A stretch of 64,000 nucleotides of DNA from Promethearchaeota archaeon (GTDB lineage Archaea; Asgardarchaeota; Lokiarchaeia; Sigyniarchaeales; SOKP01): contig JBHLOI010000007.1 of the NCBI GenBank assembly GCA_048940645.1, forward strand, positions 28,648 through 92,647, read 5' to 3'. Positions 8,789-18,365 of this stretch are shown piece by piece (position 1 is the first letter of the stretch; the number at the start of each line of letters is the position of its first letter). The notes beneath the pieces were generated by a model. That model was not told where the DNA came from. It searched no databases and worked only from the letters and a program-made list of their open reading frames with translations. Both the position numbers and the translations under genes were made by a program.

Positions 8789-10849
8789 TTATTTTCTAAA
8801 AGATACTTTTGTTGAAAATCTGCGAAATGGTCTAGGAAGTTTGTATTTCGGAGCCCCCTTCGTTTCCTCTTCAAGTATTTCTATTAATTCACTTACCTTT
8901 ATATTATTTATTTGCTCTGAAGTTGCTTTTTTTGGTCCAAAAGGCTTACCAATTAATCTCTTTCTTATTGAAATTGTTTTATTTGCTTGTTCTTTTTTAC
9001 CTACTATAATTGTATATGGAATCCATTCTACTTCTGCTTGTCTTATCTTTTTACCAACAGTTTCTTCGCGATCATCAAAATCTACGCGAAATGATTTTTC
9101 ACTTATAAGATTTAATAGCTTTTCAGCATAATCATTTTGTTCATTACTTACAGTAATAATTCTTATTTGAATAGGCGATAACCATGTTTTAAAACCTGGA
9201 ACTAATTTGTCTTTATTTCGAACTGCAGATTCAATAAGCCCCCATAAAACTCTTTCTATACCTCCCGTCGGAGAATTATGTAATATCATAGGATGCTTAA
9301 CTTTACCATCGGCATCTATAAACGAGATATTATATTTTTGTCTCTTTTTTCCATCTGTATCTATCATATAGTCTAAACAACTTTCCACGTCTATCTGATT
9401 TGTAGCTAATGTTGCATCTTTATTTTCAGCAGAAAGGACATTTCTCTCAAGTTTTAATATATAATAATAATACCTTTCGTCCCATAATTCTAATAAAGCT
9501 GGAGCATCTTCTGATTTTATTAAATTCATTATCCAGTCTTTATTCTCTCTATAAAAATCTTTTGTAGCTCTAAATATCACATAAGTTTTCACTCCTAAGT
9601 CTTTTTCAAGACCCTTTATTAAAAAATATTGTTTTTTAAATTCCTCTATTGCAGAATCTAAATCTTTGCATAAACTATGCATATCCGGCATTATAAAAGC
9701 ACGTAACCTCCGCAACCCAGTGAGTTCTCCTTCTAATTCCCGTCTAAAAGCATATTGTTCCCATTCATAAACCCTTAGAGGAAAGTATTGAGGTCTTAAG
9801 TTCATTGATGAGAATAAATCAAATAAAAGAAAATCCGAAGCATATCGTAGTAAATATCTATCACTTCCAGACTCAAGCCAATAGCTTCTAGCTGGAAATC
9901 TTGCTGTTTGAGCAGTTAACTTTTTATTTTTAACTGTGTACATTATTGGAGTATCAATAAGTATCGCTCCATAATCGATTAGCCTATCCTCAACGAAATT
10001 CTTTATCAAATTTTTCATTATAACTCCTTTCGTATACCATCTTAAATTTCCAGCATCGGTATTTGGGTCAAAATCAACTAATTCAAATTCTTTCATCACT
10101 TTGATGTGAGCAGGTTCTATTGATTCATCCACCCTCCTGGATCCAAGTTCAGATCTTAGAAACATATAGAAATCTTGATCTTCAACTTCCTTAAACGGAA
10201 GAACATTATGTTCATGATCAAATTTTATATCTAATTCATTACCTGTAGGGGTGATTACTTTGAAGATGGAATTTTTTATTTGTTCTTCAGGGGTAATCGC
10301 CAATTTTACATCTCTATACATTTCAGCTACTTCATGTCCAATGCAGGAAATTTCGAAAGATTTATACCATCCAAAAGGCGAGAATTTTGCTTTAATGCCT
10401 TTTTCACCTAAGAAATCAGCTATTTTTGGGCATACTTCCATAGCAGCTGCTTCATTACTAAGAAATTTGCTTAAATGAGCCCAAGGATAAACTAATACCT
10501 TATCAACTTGGTACATTTTTCTATCCTTAATTAGTTCGACAAGTTTTCTTTTTTTTCCTTTAATCTTTCCTTGTTCGATCTTTTTATTGTGCTCTCGTAT
10601 CTCTTCATTCTTTTCTCTAATTTTCTCTGGAAAATTTGTTATTTGGATTATAGCTTCTTCAATTACCTCAGCTCCCTGCTTTGAAATCAAATCTGTATCA
10701 TAAGTATCCTGATCTTCAACTGAAACATAAGCAACAAGAATTAAACCCTTCATCTCAATTAAATCTTCTGGAAAATCTTGTGGTTCACTTGTGGCAGGTT
10801 TGTTCTTAACAACTTTTACGCCATCTGAATGAATTAATAAAATTTTCAT
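8789..10849 (-). CDS. thrS: threonyl-tRNA synthetase, archaeal type with N-terminal editing domain
   Basis: 686 aa. N-terminus MKILLIHSDGVKV... is the archaeal ThrRS editing (DTD-like) domain. Class II core (RRLRAFIMPDMHS, ...) and C-terminal anticodon-binding domain (PIQIRIITV...YAEKL). Confidence 0.93.
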   Translation of the reverse strand: MKILLIHSDGVKVVKNKPATSEPQDFPEDLIEMKGLILVAYVSVEDQDTYDTDLISKQGAEVIEEAIIQITNFPEKIREKNEEIREHNKKIEQGKIKGKKRKLVELIKDRKMYQVDKVLVYPWAHLSKFLSNEAAAMEVCPKIADFLGEKGIKAKFSPFGWYKSFEISCIGHEVAEMYRDVKLAITPEEQIKNSIFKVITPTGNELDIKFDHEHNVLPFKEVEDQDFYMFLRSELGSRRVDESIEPAHIKVMKEFELVDFDPNTDAGNLRWYTKGVIMKNLIKNFVEDRLIDYGAILIDTPIMYTVKNKKLTAQTARFPARSYWLESGSDRYLLRYASDFLLFDLFSSMNLRPQYFPLRVYEWEQYAFRRELEGELTGLRRLRAFIMPDMHSLCKDLDSAIEEFKKQYFLIKGLEKDLGVKTYVIFRATKDFYRENKDWIMNLIKSEDAPALLELWDERYYYYILKLERNVLSAENKDATLATNQIDVESCLDYMIDTDGKKRQKYNISFIDADGKVKHPMILHNSPTGGIERVLWGLIESAVRNKDKLVPGFKTWLSPIQIRIITVSNEQNDYAEKLLNLISEKSFRVDFDDREETVGKKIRQAEVEWIPYTIIVGKKEQANKTISIRKRLIGKPFGPKKATSEQINNIKVSELIEILEEETKGAPKYKLPRPFRRFSTKVSFRK

Positions 10850-10964
10850 TATTATCTTGATTATTTAATTAATTATGAAATCCCTAACAAAAAATTCTAA
10901 ATATTTGATAATTTATTATATTTAAAATTCAAATTAATTATTACTAAAATAGTTATCTATTAGA

Positions 10965-11588
10965 ATGAATCTTAAAAATATTTTTTCAGAACTCATACTA
11001 GCATTAGATAAATTAGATCTAGACCGTGAAGAAATATTAAAAATTTCTCGAACAATTATTCGCGATTGTAGTATTGCAATTAAAAATATTCATAGAAAAG
11101 AATATGAACAATATCATGAGAAATTAACTAATATTAAACTTGTTCATGAAAAACTCGTTTCAATTGTAAAAAATAATCCTGGAGCATTTTTTAAGTACTT
11201 AAAAACTCCTGAACAAGAATATGCTGAAGCAATAACCTTCTATTCAATTATAGCTAATAAAGAATTACCCAACCCTAGCGAATTGAATATCAATCCATTG
11301 AATTATGCATTCGGTTTAGCCGATGTTATTGGAGAATTAAGAAGATATGCATTAGATAATATAAGAAATTCACAGATTCAAGATTTGAACAAAATTTTAG
11401 AAATAATGGATGAAATTTATTCTTATTTATTTGCAATAGATTATCCTTCTGGATTAACTCAGGATCTAAGACAGAAAACCGATAGAGCAAGAAGCATAAT
11501 CGAAAAAACGCGAGGAGATATTTCGATTGCTCTACAAATGAATGAATTAAAAATATGCATAGAAAAGAATGTCAAATTTAATAAATAA
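10965..11588 (+). CDS. translin-family protein
   Basis: 207-aa helical protein with the translin/TRAX-like core NYAFGLADVIGELRRYALDNIR and overall length typical of archaeal translins. Confidence 0.65.
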   Translation: MNLKNIFSELILALDKLDLDREEILKISRTIIRDCSIAIKNIHRKEYEQYHEKLTNIKLVHEKLVSIVKNNPGAFFKYLKTPEQEYAEAITFYSIIANKELPNPSELNINPLNYAFGLADVIGELRRYALDNIRNSQIQDLNKILEIMDEIYSYLFAIDYPSGLTQDLRQKTDRARSIIEKTRGDISIALQMNELKICIEKNVKFNK

Positions 11589-11615
11589 AATAGAAAAATC
11601 TCTATAACGATACCA

Positions 11616-13175
11616 ATGCCATTTGAAACTGAAAAAATAAAACATGAAAGCAAGATAAATTATGAGAAAGCATGGCTTGAGACTAAAAACCTTTTGAAGT
11701 TAAAAGGCAAATATTTTAATTTAGTGAAAAAGGGGAAAAGCCACATTGTAAATGACTTTATCTTTGATGTCAGGAAAAAAATTCTCTCTCTAGGATTTGA
11801 AGAATTAGTTTTACCAATGTTTGTCGAGGAAAGTGAAATTTATAAGCAATATGGCCCAGAAGCTGCTTTAATTCTCGATAGATTATTTTATTTAGCGGGT
11901 TTACCTCGCCCAGATATTGGAATTTCAAATAAAAAAATTAATTTTTTATTGAAAATAATTCCAAATTTTAACAAAATTGATGAACTAAAGAATATCTTTA
12001 GAGCATATAAAAAAGGAGAAATTGAGGCTGATGATTTAATTGAAATTTTTATTGAAAGGTTGAATGTTGAAGAGACTGAAGCCACCGAAATTATTGATAA
12101 AGTTTTTCCAGAATTGAAAAATTTAAAACCAATACCTACAAAAACTACTCTCAGAAGTCATACTACGGCTCTATGGTTTTTAGTATTAAATGAATTGCAG
12201 AAAAAAAAGCCCCTTCCACTTCAATATTTTTCAATTTGCCCTAAATTTCGTCGAGAACAAAAAATTGATGCAACTCATCTATACTGTTCTAATACTTTAT
12301 CTTTAGTTATCATGGCAGAAGAAATCTCCTTGGAAGATTGTCAGAATATAGCATCTGATATATGTGAAAAAATGGGGTTTAAAAATAATAAATCAGATAT
12401 TAAGAAAGCTACATCAAAGTATTATGCTCCTCAAACTGAGTTTGAAATATTTGTAGAACATCCTAAAACTAAAGAATGGATTGAGATTGGAGACGGAGGA
12501 TTTTATTCTCCTGTAAGTTTAGCACAATATAATATTCAGTACCCTGTTTTTAATATTGGTTTTGGTGTTGAAAGAATTTGTATGATAAAAACTGAAATTG
12601 AAGACATTAGAAAATTAGTATATCCTTACTTTTATGAAGATATTGCATTTTCAGATGAAGAAATCAGTAGATCTATTAACTATAAATATATACCATTGAC
12701 TGAAAAAGGGATTGAAATCAAAAATGCAATTTTACAAACGGCATTGAATAGCAAGGATGAGAAATCTCCTATAGAAATTAAGGTTTGGGAAGGAACCATA
12801 AAAAATAAGAGGATTGCTGTATTTATATGGGAAAAAGATAAAAATGTAAAATTGTTAGGCCCTGCCTCCCTTAATAAGATATGGGTACAAGATGGAAATA
12901 TTATTGGATTACCTCCAAATGAAATTCCTGAAAATGCAATCAACACAAATAAAAATTATCTTGAAGCTATCGCTTCAGAAATGGCTTATAATATAGAAAT
13001 TTTACTAGATCAAAATAAAACTTCTTATGAACATAGAATAAAAATGTGTTATCGTGCTTCTGAAGTGAATTTAGAGGTAAATGATGTTGTACTAGAATAT
13101 ATTCACTCTAGACAAAAAAAAATTGATATTAGAGGCCCCGTTTTCATCGGTCTTTCATTTAATGTAATTGAATGA
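11616..13175 (+). CDS. sepS: O-phosphoserine--tRNA(Cys) ligase (SepRS)
   Basis: Near-collinear with Methanocaldococcus SepRS as recalled: KAWLETKNLL, IYKQYGPEAALILDRLFYLAGLPRPDIGIS, TLRSHTT, FRREQK, YYAPQTEFE, VFNIGFGVERI, IDIRGPVF. Confidence 0.93.
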   Translation: MPFETEKIKHESKINYEKAWLETKNLLKLKGKYFNLVKKGKSHIVNDFIFDVRKKILSLGFEELVLPMFVEESEIYKQYGPEAALILDRLFYLAGLPRPDIGISNKKINFLLKIIPNFNKIDELKNIFRAYKKGEIEADDLIEIFIERLNVEETEATEIIDKVFPELKNLKPIPTKTTLRSHTTALWFLVLNELQKKKPLPLQYFSICPKFRREQKIDATHLYCSNTLSLVIMAEEISLEDCQNIASDICEKMGFKNNKSDIKKATSKYYAPQTEFEIFVEHPKTKEWIEIGDGGFYSPVSLAQYNIQYPVFNIGFGVERICMIKTEIEDIRKLVYPYFYEDIAFSDEEISRSINYKYIPLTEKGIEIKNAILQTALNSKDEKSPIEIKVWEGTIKNKRIAVFIWEKDKNVKLLGPASLNKIWVQDGNIIGLPPNEIPENAINTNKNYLEAIASEMAYNIEILLDQNKTSYEHRIKMCYRASEVNLEVNDVVLEYIHSRQKKIDIRGPVFIGLSFNVIE

Positions 13176-13197
13176 ATATTAGAAAATAGGTTTTAAA

Positions 13198-13641
13198 ATG
13201 AAAAAAAAGGTATTGATTGCTGGAACATTCGATATTATTCATGCAGGTCATATCTACTTGATTAATGAAGCTGCTAAATTAGGAGACGTTTATGTTATTG
13301 TAGCTACAGATAAAAATAGAGCATTATATTCGGGAGTTGCCCCGATTGTTTCACAGGAGCAAAGACTTGAAGTTGTAAAAGGTATAAAAAATGTAAAAGA
13401 AGCTAGATTAGGAAGAAGCGATAATGATACTCTTAAGACAGTTGAAGAGATTAATCCAGATATTATTTTATTAGGTCCAGATCAAAAGTATGATCTTAAT
13501 ACTTTAAAAGAAGGATTAAAAAGAAAAGGATTAAGCCATATAGAAGTAAAAAGAATGAAATCATATTATGATAAATATGCATTGCATTCTTCTAGTTTAA
13601 TAAAAAGGAAAATTATTAAGACTCACAAAGAAAATAAATAG
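13198..13641 (+). CDS. ribL: archaeal FAD synthetase (FMN adenylyltransferase) RibL
   Basis: Cytidylyltransferase-like fold: KVLIAGTFDIIHAGHIYLINEAAKLGDVYVIVATD, ILLGPDQ, HSS near the C-terminus. Collinear with MJ1179-type RibL. Confidence 0.85.
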   Translation: MKKKVLIAGTFDIIHAGHIYLINEAAKLGDVYVIVATDKNRALYSGVAPIVSQEQRLEVVKGIKNVKEARLGRSDNDTLKTVEEINPDIILLGPDQKYDLNTLKEGLKRKGLSHIEVKRMKSYYDKYALHSSSLIKRKIIKTHKENK

Positions 13642-13652
13642 TTGCATATTTG

Positions 13653-14360
13653 ATGAAAGAAAGTGAAGAAATCACCCCTGAAAATTATGCTAATTGGTTT
13701 GCTCTTTTTGAACTTTGTCGACTAACAAAAAATAGAAGATCTATTAATATTAGTAGCGTAGAATTTGGAGAACTATTAGGTTTAAGTCAACAAACTGGAA
13801 GTCGAAGAATTAAAGATTTAGTAGATTTAGGCTGGATAAAAAGAAGAAGTGAAGGTAAAACACAGAAAATTTCGATTACAAAAGAGGGAGCAAGCGTAAT
13901 GCTTAATATATATAAAAATCTGAAGGATCTTCTCGAATCAATATTAATTGTCGGGGAAGTAGTTGAAGGAATGCATGAGGGAGGCTATTATGTGGCTATT
14001 AAAAGCTATTTTGATCAATTTAAAAATAGATTGGGTTTTGAACCTTATAAGGGCACACTCAATTTGAAGTTAAGTGATACAGATAATTCAATTTTAAGAG
14101 AAAAACTGCAATATATTAGACCTGTGATTATTAATGGATTTAAAAATCAAGAAAGAGAATACGGTCCCGTAAAATGTTATGACGTATACATTTACAGGTT
14201 GGATAACAAAAATAATCGTCGTAAAGCAGCAATACTCGATATAAAACGAACCCATCATAAAAAGAATGTAGTAGAAATTTTAGCTAAACCTTATTTGAGA
14301 GACTATTTCAACTTGAAAGATGGAGACAAACTTATTATTGAAGTAATTAAAAAAGAATAA
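13653..14360 (+). CDS. ribK: winged-helix regulator fused to CTP-dependent archaeal riboflavin kinase (RbkR/RibK type)
   Basis: N-terminal wHTH (SSVEFGELLGLSQQTGSRRIKDLVDLGWI). C-terminal archaeal riboflavin kinase core (GYYVAI...FEPYKGTLNLKL...VEILA). ATG at 13653 preferred over TTG at 13650. Confidence 0.8.
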   Translation: MKESEEITPENYANWFALFELCRLTKNRRSINISSVEFGELLGLSQQTGSRRIKDLVDLGWIKRRSEGKTQKISITKEGASVMLNIYKNLKDLLESILIVGEVVEGMHEGGYYVAIKSYFDQFKNRLGFEPYKGTLNLKLSDTDNSILREKLQYIRPVIINGFKNQEREYGPVKCYDVYIYRLDNKNNRRKAAILDIKRTHHKKNVVEILAKPYLRDYFNLKDGDKLIIEVIKKE

Positions 14361-14376
14361 AGGTTCCATAGTTATA

Positions 14377-15003
14377 TCAATTTTTTTCACTTATATAATT
14401 GGTTATTGATTTATTAATTTTGAAATACCTATAAAAACTCGTTGCTAAGACCAAGATCATAAAAACAAAAAGTAATTCATCTATATATCCTAAAAAAGAC
14501 GTTAATAACATAGATATGAATATATAAAATAATCTTTCCGATCTTGCCATTAATCCAAAATCAAAATCTCCCTTATATATTCCCTCTGCTTTAGCTCGTA
14601 AATAGCTAATCATAAGAGAGGCTATAAAGGAAATAAGTATAACTATTTTTACATCTATAAAATTCCAGAGAATATTATCCCAACAATAAATTAATAGGGC
14701 TAAAAAAATTATAAACTCACTAATCCTATCCATTAATGAATCAAAAAAACCCCCAAAAGTAGAAGTTTTATCTGTTAATCTGGCAATTTCTCCATCTACT
14801 CCATCAAAAATCCCAGTAATAAAGACAAAGATTGAAAATAGAAAGAGATTAGATAAAATCACCAGAAAAAAAAAACTTAGAAAGGAGAACGCTAACATTA
14901 AACAAGTAGCAATATTTGGAGTAACCCCAATCTTACTTAAAGCTTTGGCTAGAATTTTTATCAAAGGACGGAATATTCTGCGTAATCGGAATTTTGAGGG
15001 CAT
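14377..15003 (-). CDS. CDP-alcohol phosphatidyltransferase (archaeal polar-lipid head-group synthase family)
   Basis: Complete family motif DGVDGEIARLTDKTSTFGGFFDSLMDRISE (DGx2ARx8Gx3Dx3D) in a 6-TM protein. ATG at 15003 preferred; the track ORF starts at a TTG at 15063. Confidence 0.85.
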   Translation of the reverse strand: MPSKFRLRRIFRPLIKILAKALSKIGVTPNIATCLMLAFSFLSFFFLVILSNLFLFSIFVFITGIFDGVDGEIARLTDKTSTFGGFFDSLMDRISEFIIFLALLIYCWDNILWNFIDVKIVILISFIASLMISYLRAKAEGIYKGDFDFGLMARSERLFYIFISMLLTSFLGYIDELLFVFMILVLATSFYRYFKINKSITNYISEKN

Positions 15004-15181
15004 AATTATTAAGTTAAAGAATTTTATGAAAGATTTTGAGCTTATCCTTTTGAAATTAACCAATTCTACGGTAAGTTCATTTTTATATAATATTTAATTA
15101 TTACAATAATATAATTTTTTTAATTTCATAGTTTAAATTAAATAATAAATTCGAATAAAACATAAGAGAATGTGAATACTA

Positions 15182-15481
15182 TTGAAATTGCGATTGATAC
15201 TAAAAGTAAAAACCAAAAAAAACAAAGAAGTATCTATAAAATTTAATGTTGCTCCAAAAAAGCATATTGGATTTATTAATTTTATAAATCTAGTCTTAAA
15301 TCAAGATTTACCAATCACCCTCTCTTTTGAAAAAGTAAGTAAATCAGGTGATAAAGAAGAAAGTAAGATTGCAGGAGTTTTTAAATTCCAAGGGAAAGAT
15401 ACGTTAGCTTTACACCAATTGAATGAGGAAATCCAAGAAGAACAACGTAAACGTAAAAAACAACATCAAAAACGTTTATAA
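15182..15481 (+). CDS. hypothetical basic 99-aa protein (TTG start only)
   Basis: Open frame with no in-frame ATG and a lysine-rich tail (QRKRKKQHQKRL). Coding status uncertain. Confidence 0.25.
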   Translation: MKLRLILKVKTKKNKEVSIKFNVAPKKHIGFINFINLVLNQDLPITLSFEKVSKSGDKEESKIAGVFKFQGKDTLALHQLNEEIQEEQRKRKKQHQKRL

Positions 15482-15499
15482 TAATAAAGTTCTTACCCT

Positions 15500-16267
15500 T
15501 TAAGATAAACTAATAAACCCTAATTTAATTAAGTTCTTACATATATTATAAACTTTTTCATGTCCCAAATTTAATTTATTTGTAATTAATTTAATTGATT
15601 TTTTCCCATCTATTTCATAGTAAATTTTACAAGCAGTATCTCCTGTTAAATAATATTTAGGATTAATTTTGTTAGAACTTATAAGCTTCGGAATTTCTCT
15701 ACAGTATTCCGGTAAGTCTTCTATGGTTTCATTTTCTGTTTTTAATGCTAATAGACACGACTCCTCGTTGATTTTTTCCTCAACACTTTTAAAAAGTTCA
15801 GTAACTTTTTCTTTGAATTCTTCTTCTTTTTCTTCCTGCTCTTCAGTGACATAGATATTTAAGATGTGTTCAAATGATTTAAATGCATTAATTTTTCCAT
15901 TCCAATTTAAAATTTGATTAATATTATATTTATTTAAAAAAGCAAAAGAAATTTTCCTTAAAACTCTTTGAACATCTACAGCTTTAGAGTCATCGTCATA
16001 TGTAGCTAGATATATTAAATTAGGAATACTAGATTCTTTAAGAAATGATAATTTGAGATCGTTATTAGAAAGTTTTAATTCACTAATAGTTCCAAGATCT
16101 TCAAATGAGTCAGAAAATGAATTTAATGCAGTAAAAAAACCAGAAACCATAATTAAGTTATCTTCATGTGAAAAAAGTTTTCCTGATTTAGAAATTTCAG
16201 CTGAATTAAAAAAACTTCTATTTAATAGTGGTAATCCATCTTTGATGATGATAATATCTCTGATCAT
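15500..16267 (-). CDS. longin/Roadblock-like N-terminal domain + acidic linker + C-terminal winged helix protein
   Basis: N-terminus MIRDIIIIKDGLPLLNRSF...SGFFTALNSFS...LKLSF...LIYLATYD...LRKISFAFLNKY resembles sigma-adaptin/longin-type alpha-beta-alpha domains. The C-terminus ACKIYYEIDGKKSIKLITNKLNLGHEKVYNICKNLIKLGFI is wHTH-like. Confidence 0.4.
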   Translation of the reverse strand: MIRDIIIIKDGLPLLNRSFFNSAEISKSGKLFSHEDNLIMVSGFFTALNSFSDSFEDLGTISELKLSNNDLKLSFLKESSIPNLIYLATYDDDSKAVDVQRVLRKISFAFLNKYNINQILNWNGKINAFKSFEHILNIYVTEEQEEKEEEFKEKVTELFKSVEEKINEESCLLALKTENETIEDLPEYCREIPKLISSNKINPKYYLTGDTACKIYYEIDGKKSIKLITNKLNLGHEKVYNICKNLIKLGFISLS

Positions 16268-16454
16268 TTGAAACTCAATAATTAATGTATAGAAAATTAT
16301 AAAAATTAAATTCTTATATTCAACGAATATATCAATAAAAATCTAAGTGCCTAAAAAGAAAAAAAAATGTAATATCTAAATGATATTGAAATAATATCAT
16401 TTATAATTAGAAAATTCATCACTCACCTAAATATTATAAAGGTTAGTAATAGAG

Positions 16455-17201
16455 TTGAAACCTCTGAAAGCTGTGATCTTGTGTGCAGGTTATGGAAAGC
16501 GATTGCGCCCATATACTAATATCTATCAAAAATCTATGTTACCCGTTCATGGTAAACCCCTATTAGAATATTTAGTTGAAGGTTTAATCCATGCTGGTTT
16601 CAGAGATTTAATAATTGTAGTAGGATTTAGAAAAGAACAAATTATACGCCATTTTCAAGATGGAAAAAACTGGGGACTAAATATTGAATATGTTATTCAA
16701 AAAAATTTAAATGGGACAGGTGGAGCTCTATTACTCTGTGAGAATTTAATCCAAGACCAACATTTTTTTCTAATTTGGGGAGATATTTTAGTTCCTTATC
16801 AAATATATGTAGAAGTTTACGATTTATATAAAAAAGAAAATCAAGATTTCATACTAGTTGCTAATTATATGAAGGATACCCATAAAGGAGCTACTATTTA
16901 TTATGATGGCCTCTATTGTGTAAATATAATTGAAAAACCAAAAAAGAAAAAATCAAAATCAAATTATAATAATTGTGGAATTTTTATTCTATCAACAGAG
17001 ATATTCGAAGTGTTAAAATCTTTAAAATCCTCTAAAAGAGGTGAAATAGAACTACCGCAAGCAATAAATATGGGAATAAAAGAAAGAAATTGGAAAGTCC
17101 GAATAGTCAAAATGGAAAAAAAGCAATTTAGAGGGGATTTTGGTGATAAAAATGTCTATAAGCAACTAAAATCCGATTCAACTTGGCTTAATAAAATATA
17201 A
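16455..17201 (+). CDS. sugar-phosphate nucleotidyltransferase (NDP-sugar pyrophosphorylase family)
   Basis: KAVILCAGYGKRLRPYT...KSMLPVHGKPLLEY (GxGxRL signature), GTGGAL, WGD. TTG start as in the track; no upstream ATG. Confidence 0.8.
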   Translation: MKPLKAVILCAGYGKRLRPYTNIYQKSMLPVHGKPLLEYLVEGLIHAGFRDLIIVVGFRKEQIIRHFQDGKNWGLNIEYVIQKNLNGTGGALLLCENLIQDQHFFLIWGDILVPYQIYVEVYDLYKKENQDFILVANYMKDTHKGATIYYDGLYCVNIIEKPKKKKSKSNYNNCGIFILSTEIFEVLKSLKSSKRGEIELPQAINMGIKERNWKVRIVKMEKKQFRGDFGDKNVYKQLKSDSTWLNKI

Positions 17202-17218
17202 TATTAAACAAAATTATT

Positions 17219-18193
17219 TTAATCCTCTTCAAGTTCAGGAGGCTCAGGAAGATCAACTTGCTCCGTAGCTGCGGGAGGTTCATCAGGCTCAGGAAATTCG
17301 GGGGGCTCTGGATGTTTAAGTTCTTTTGTTCTTCGATATCTGCGATATAAAACAACACCAATGATAGCAACTGCTCCTATTGCTACAGCTAAAATTATAT
17401 AAAACCATGGGATTTCTGGTGGAGCAATTTCGCGATACCTAAAAAGATTACCTTCTAATACAGTACCAATACAGTCTGTATCGATGTCAATTTGATCAAT
17501 ACCAGTATAGCCACCATTATTGTAAATATAATTTTCAATTATTCGAGTATTATTACTTTCAGAATGTATTTTTATCCCATAATCTCCAGAATCATAAATT
17601 TCATTTGCAATAATTGTATTATTATTTGAATATACAAATCTGATTCCATGTGTGCTATTTTGAATATAGTTATTTCTAAGTTCGTTCTTATCAGAATTCA
17701 AGAAATAAATTTCTCTACAATTCAGTATTTGGTTATCTGAAATAGTAATATTATTGGAATAAAATAATTGAATTGCGCCTAAGTTTATATCATTGTCAAA
17801 TATCAAACCATTAGTAACATTATTTAATCTAATAGTTGTACCAATTGTGTCTGAATTTTCTAAAGTACAATTTTGTATCTTAAAATAAGCATCAGTATTA
17901 TTTATAAAGATACAGTTTGTAGGTCCATCTATATCTATAGTAAAATCTTCTATTACATAAGGATTCCCATAAGTACCATCTCCCCCGGGAGTAACTCCAT
18001 TAGCAAGAGTAAAATTACCATTTCCATTTATAATGATAGGATAATGATCTATATTCGGTTTAATTTTACTATTATCGTTTTCTATTGGGTTTACTTTAGT
18101 AAGACTGTTGTATTCAGTATGCAAAATCGAACTTATAAAGATCAAAAATAATGTAAAAAACATTAAATATTTTATTACTCTTATCTTCTTCAT
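17219..18193 (-). CDS. surface protein with right-handed beta-helix (NosD/pectate-lyase-like) repeats, C-terminal TM anchor and acidic proline-rich tail
   Basis: N-terminal signal/anchor (YLMFFTLFLIFISSI). Repeated N-x-I/N-N-x-I rungs (ISDNQILNC, LRNNYIQNS, IIANEIYDS, IIENYIYNN). TM WFYIILAVAIGAVAIIGVVLY, then PEPPEFPEPDEPPAATEQVDLPEPPELEED. Confidence 0.6.
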   Translation of the reverse strand: MKKIRVIKYLMFFTLFLIFISSILHTEYNSLTKVNPIENDNSKIKPNIDHYPIIINGNGNFTLANGVTPGGDGTYGNPYVIEDFTIDIDGPTNCIFINNTDAYFKIQNCTLENSDTIGTTIRLNNVTNGLIFDNDINLGAIQLFYSNNITISDNQILNCREIYFLNSDKNELRNNYIQNSTHGIRFVYSNNNTIIANEIYDSGDYGIKIHSESNNTRIIENYIYNNGGYTGIDQIDIDTDCIGTVLEGNLFRYREIAPPEIPWFYIILAVAIGAVAIIGVVLYRRYRRTKELKHPEPPEFPEPDEPPAATEQVDLPEPPELEED

Positions 18194-18365
18194 TTTTTGG
18201 AATTCAACTTAAAATTTTTTTAATCAATTGAACATAATTACGAACTTATTAAAAAAATTTTTGGCTAACAACGTAAAAATAACAAATCATTTATAGAAAA
18301 AAAATAAATATAAAAGATCATAAAACAAAATTTAATATAATTATAGGTATAAGGTGAAATTCTTT

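Noticed and set aside
13653-14360. HTH fused to riboflavin kinase looked like an unusual fusion.
   Set aside because: Bifunctional wHTH-riboflavin kinase regulators (RbkR type) are already described in archaea, so this is not novel.
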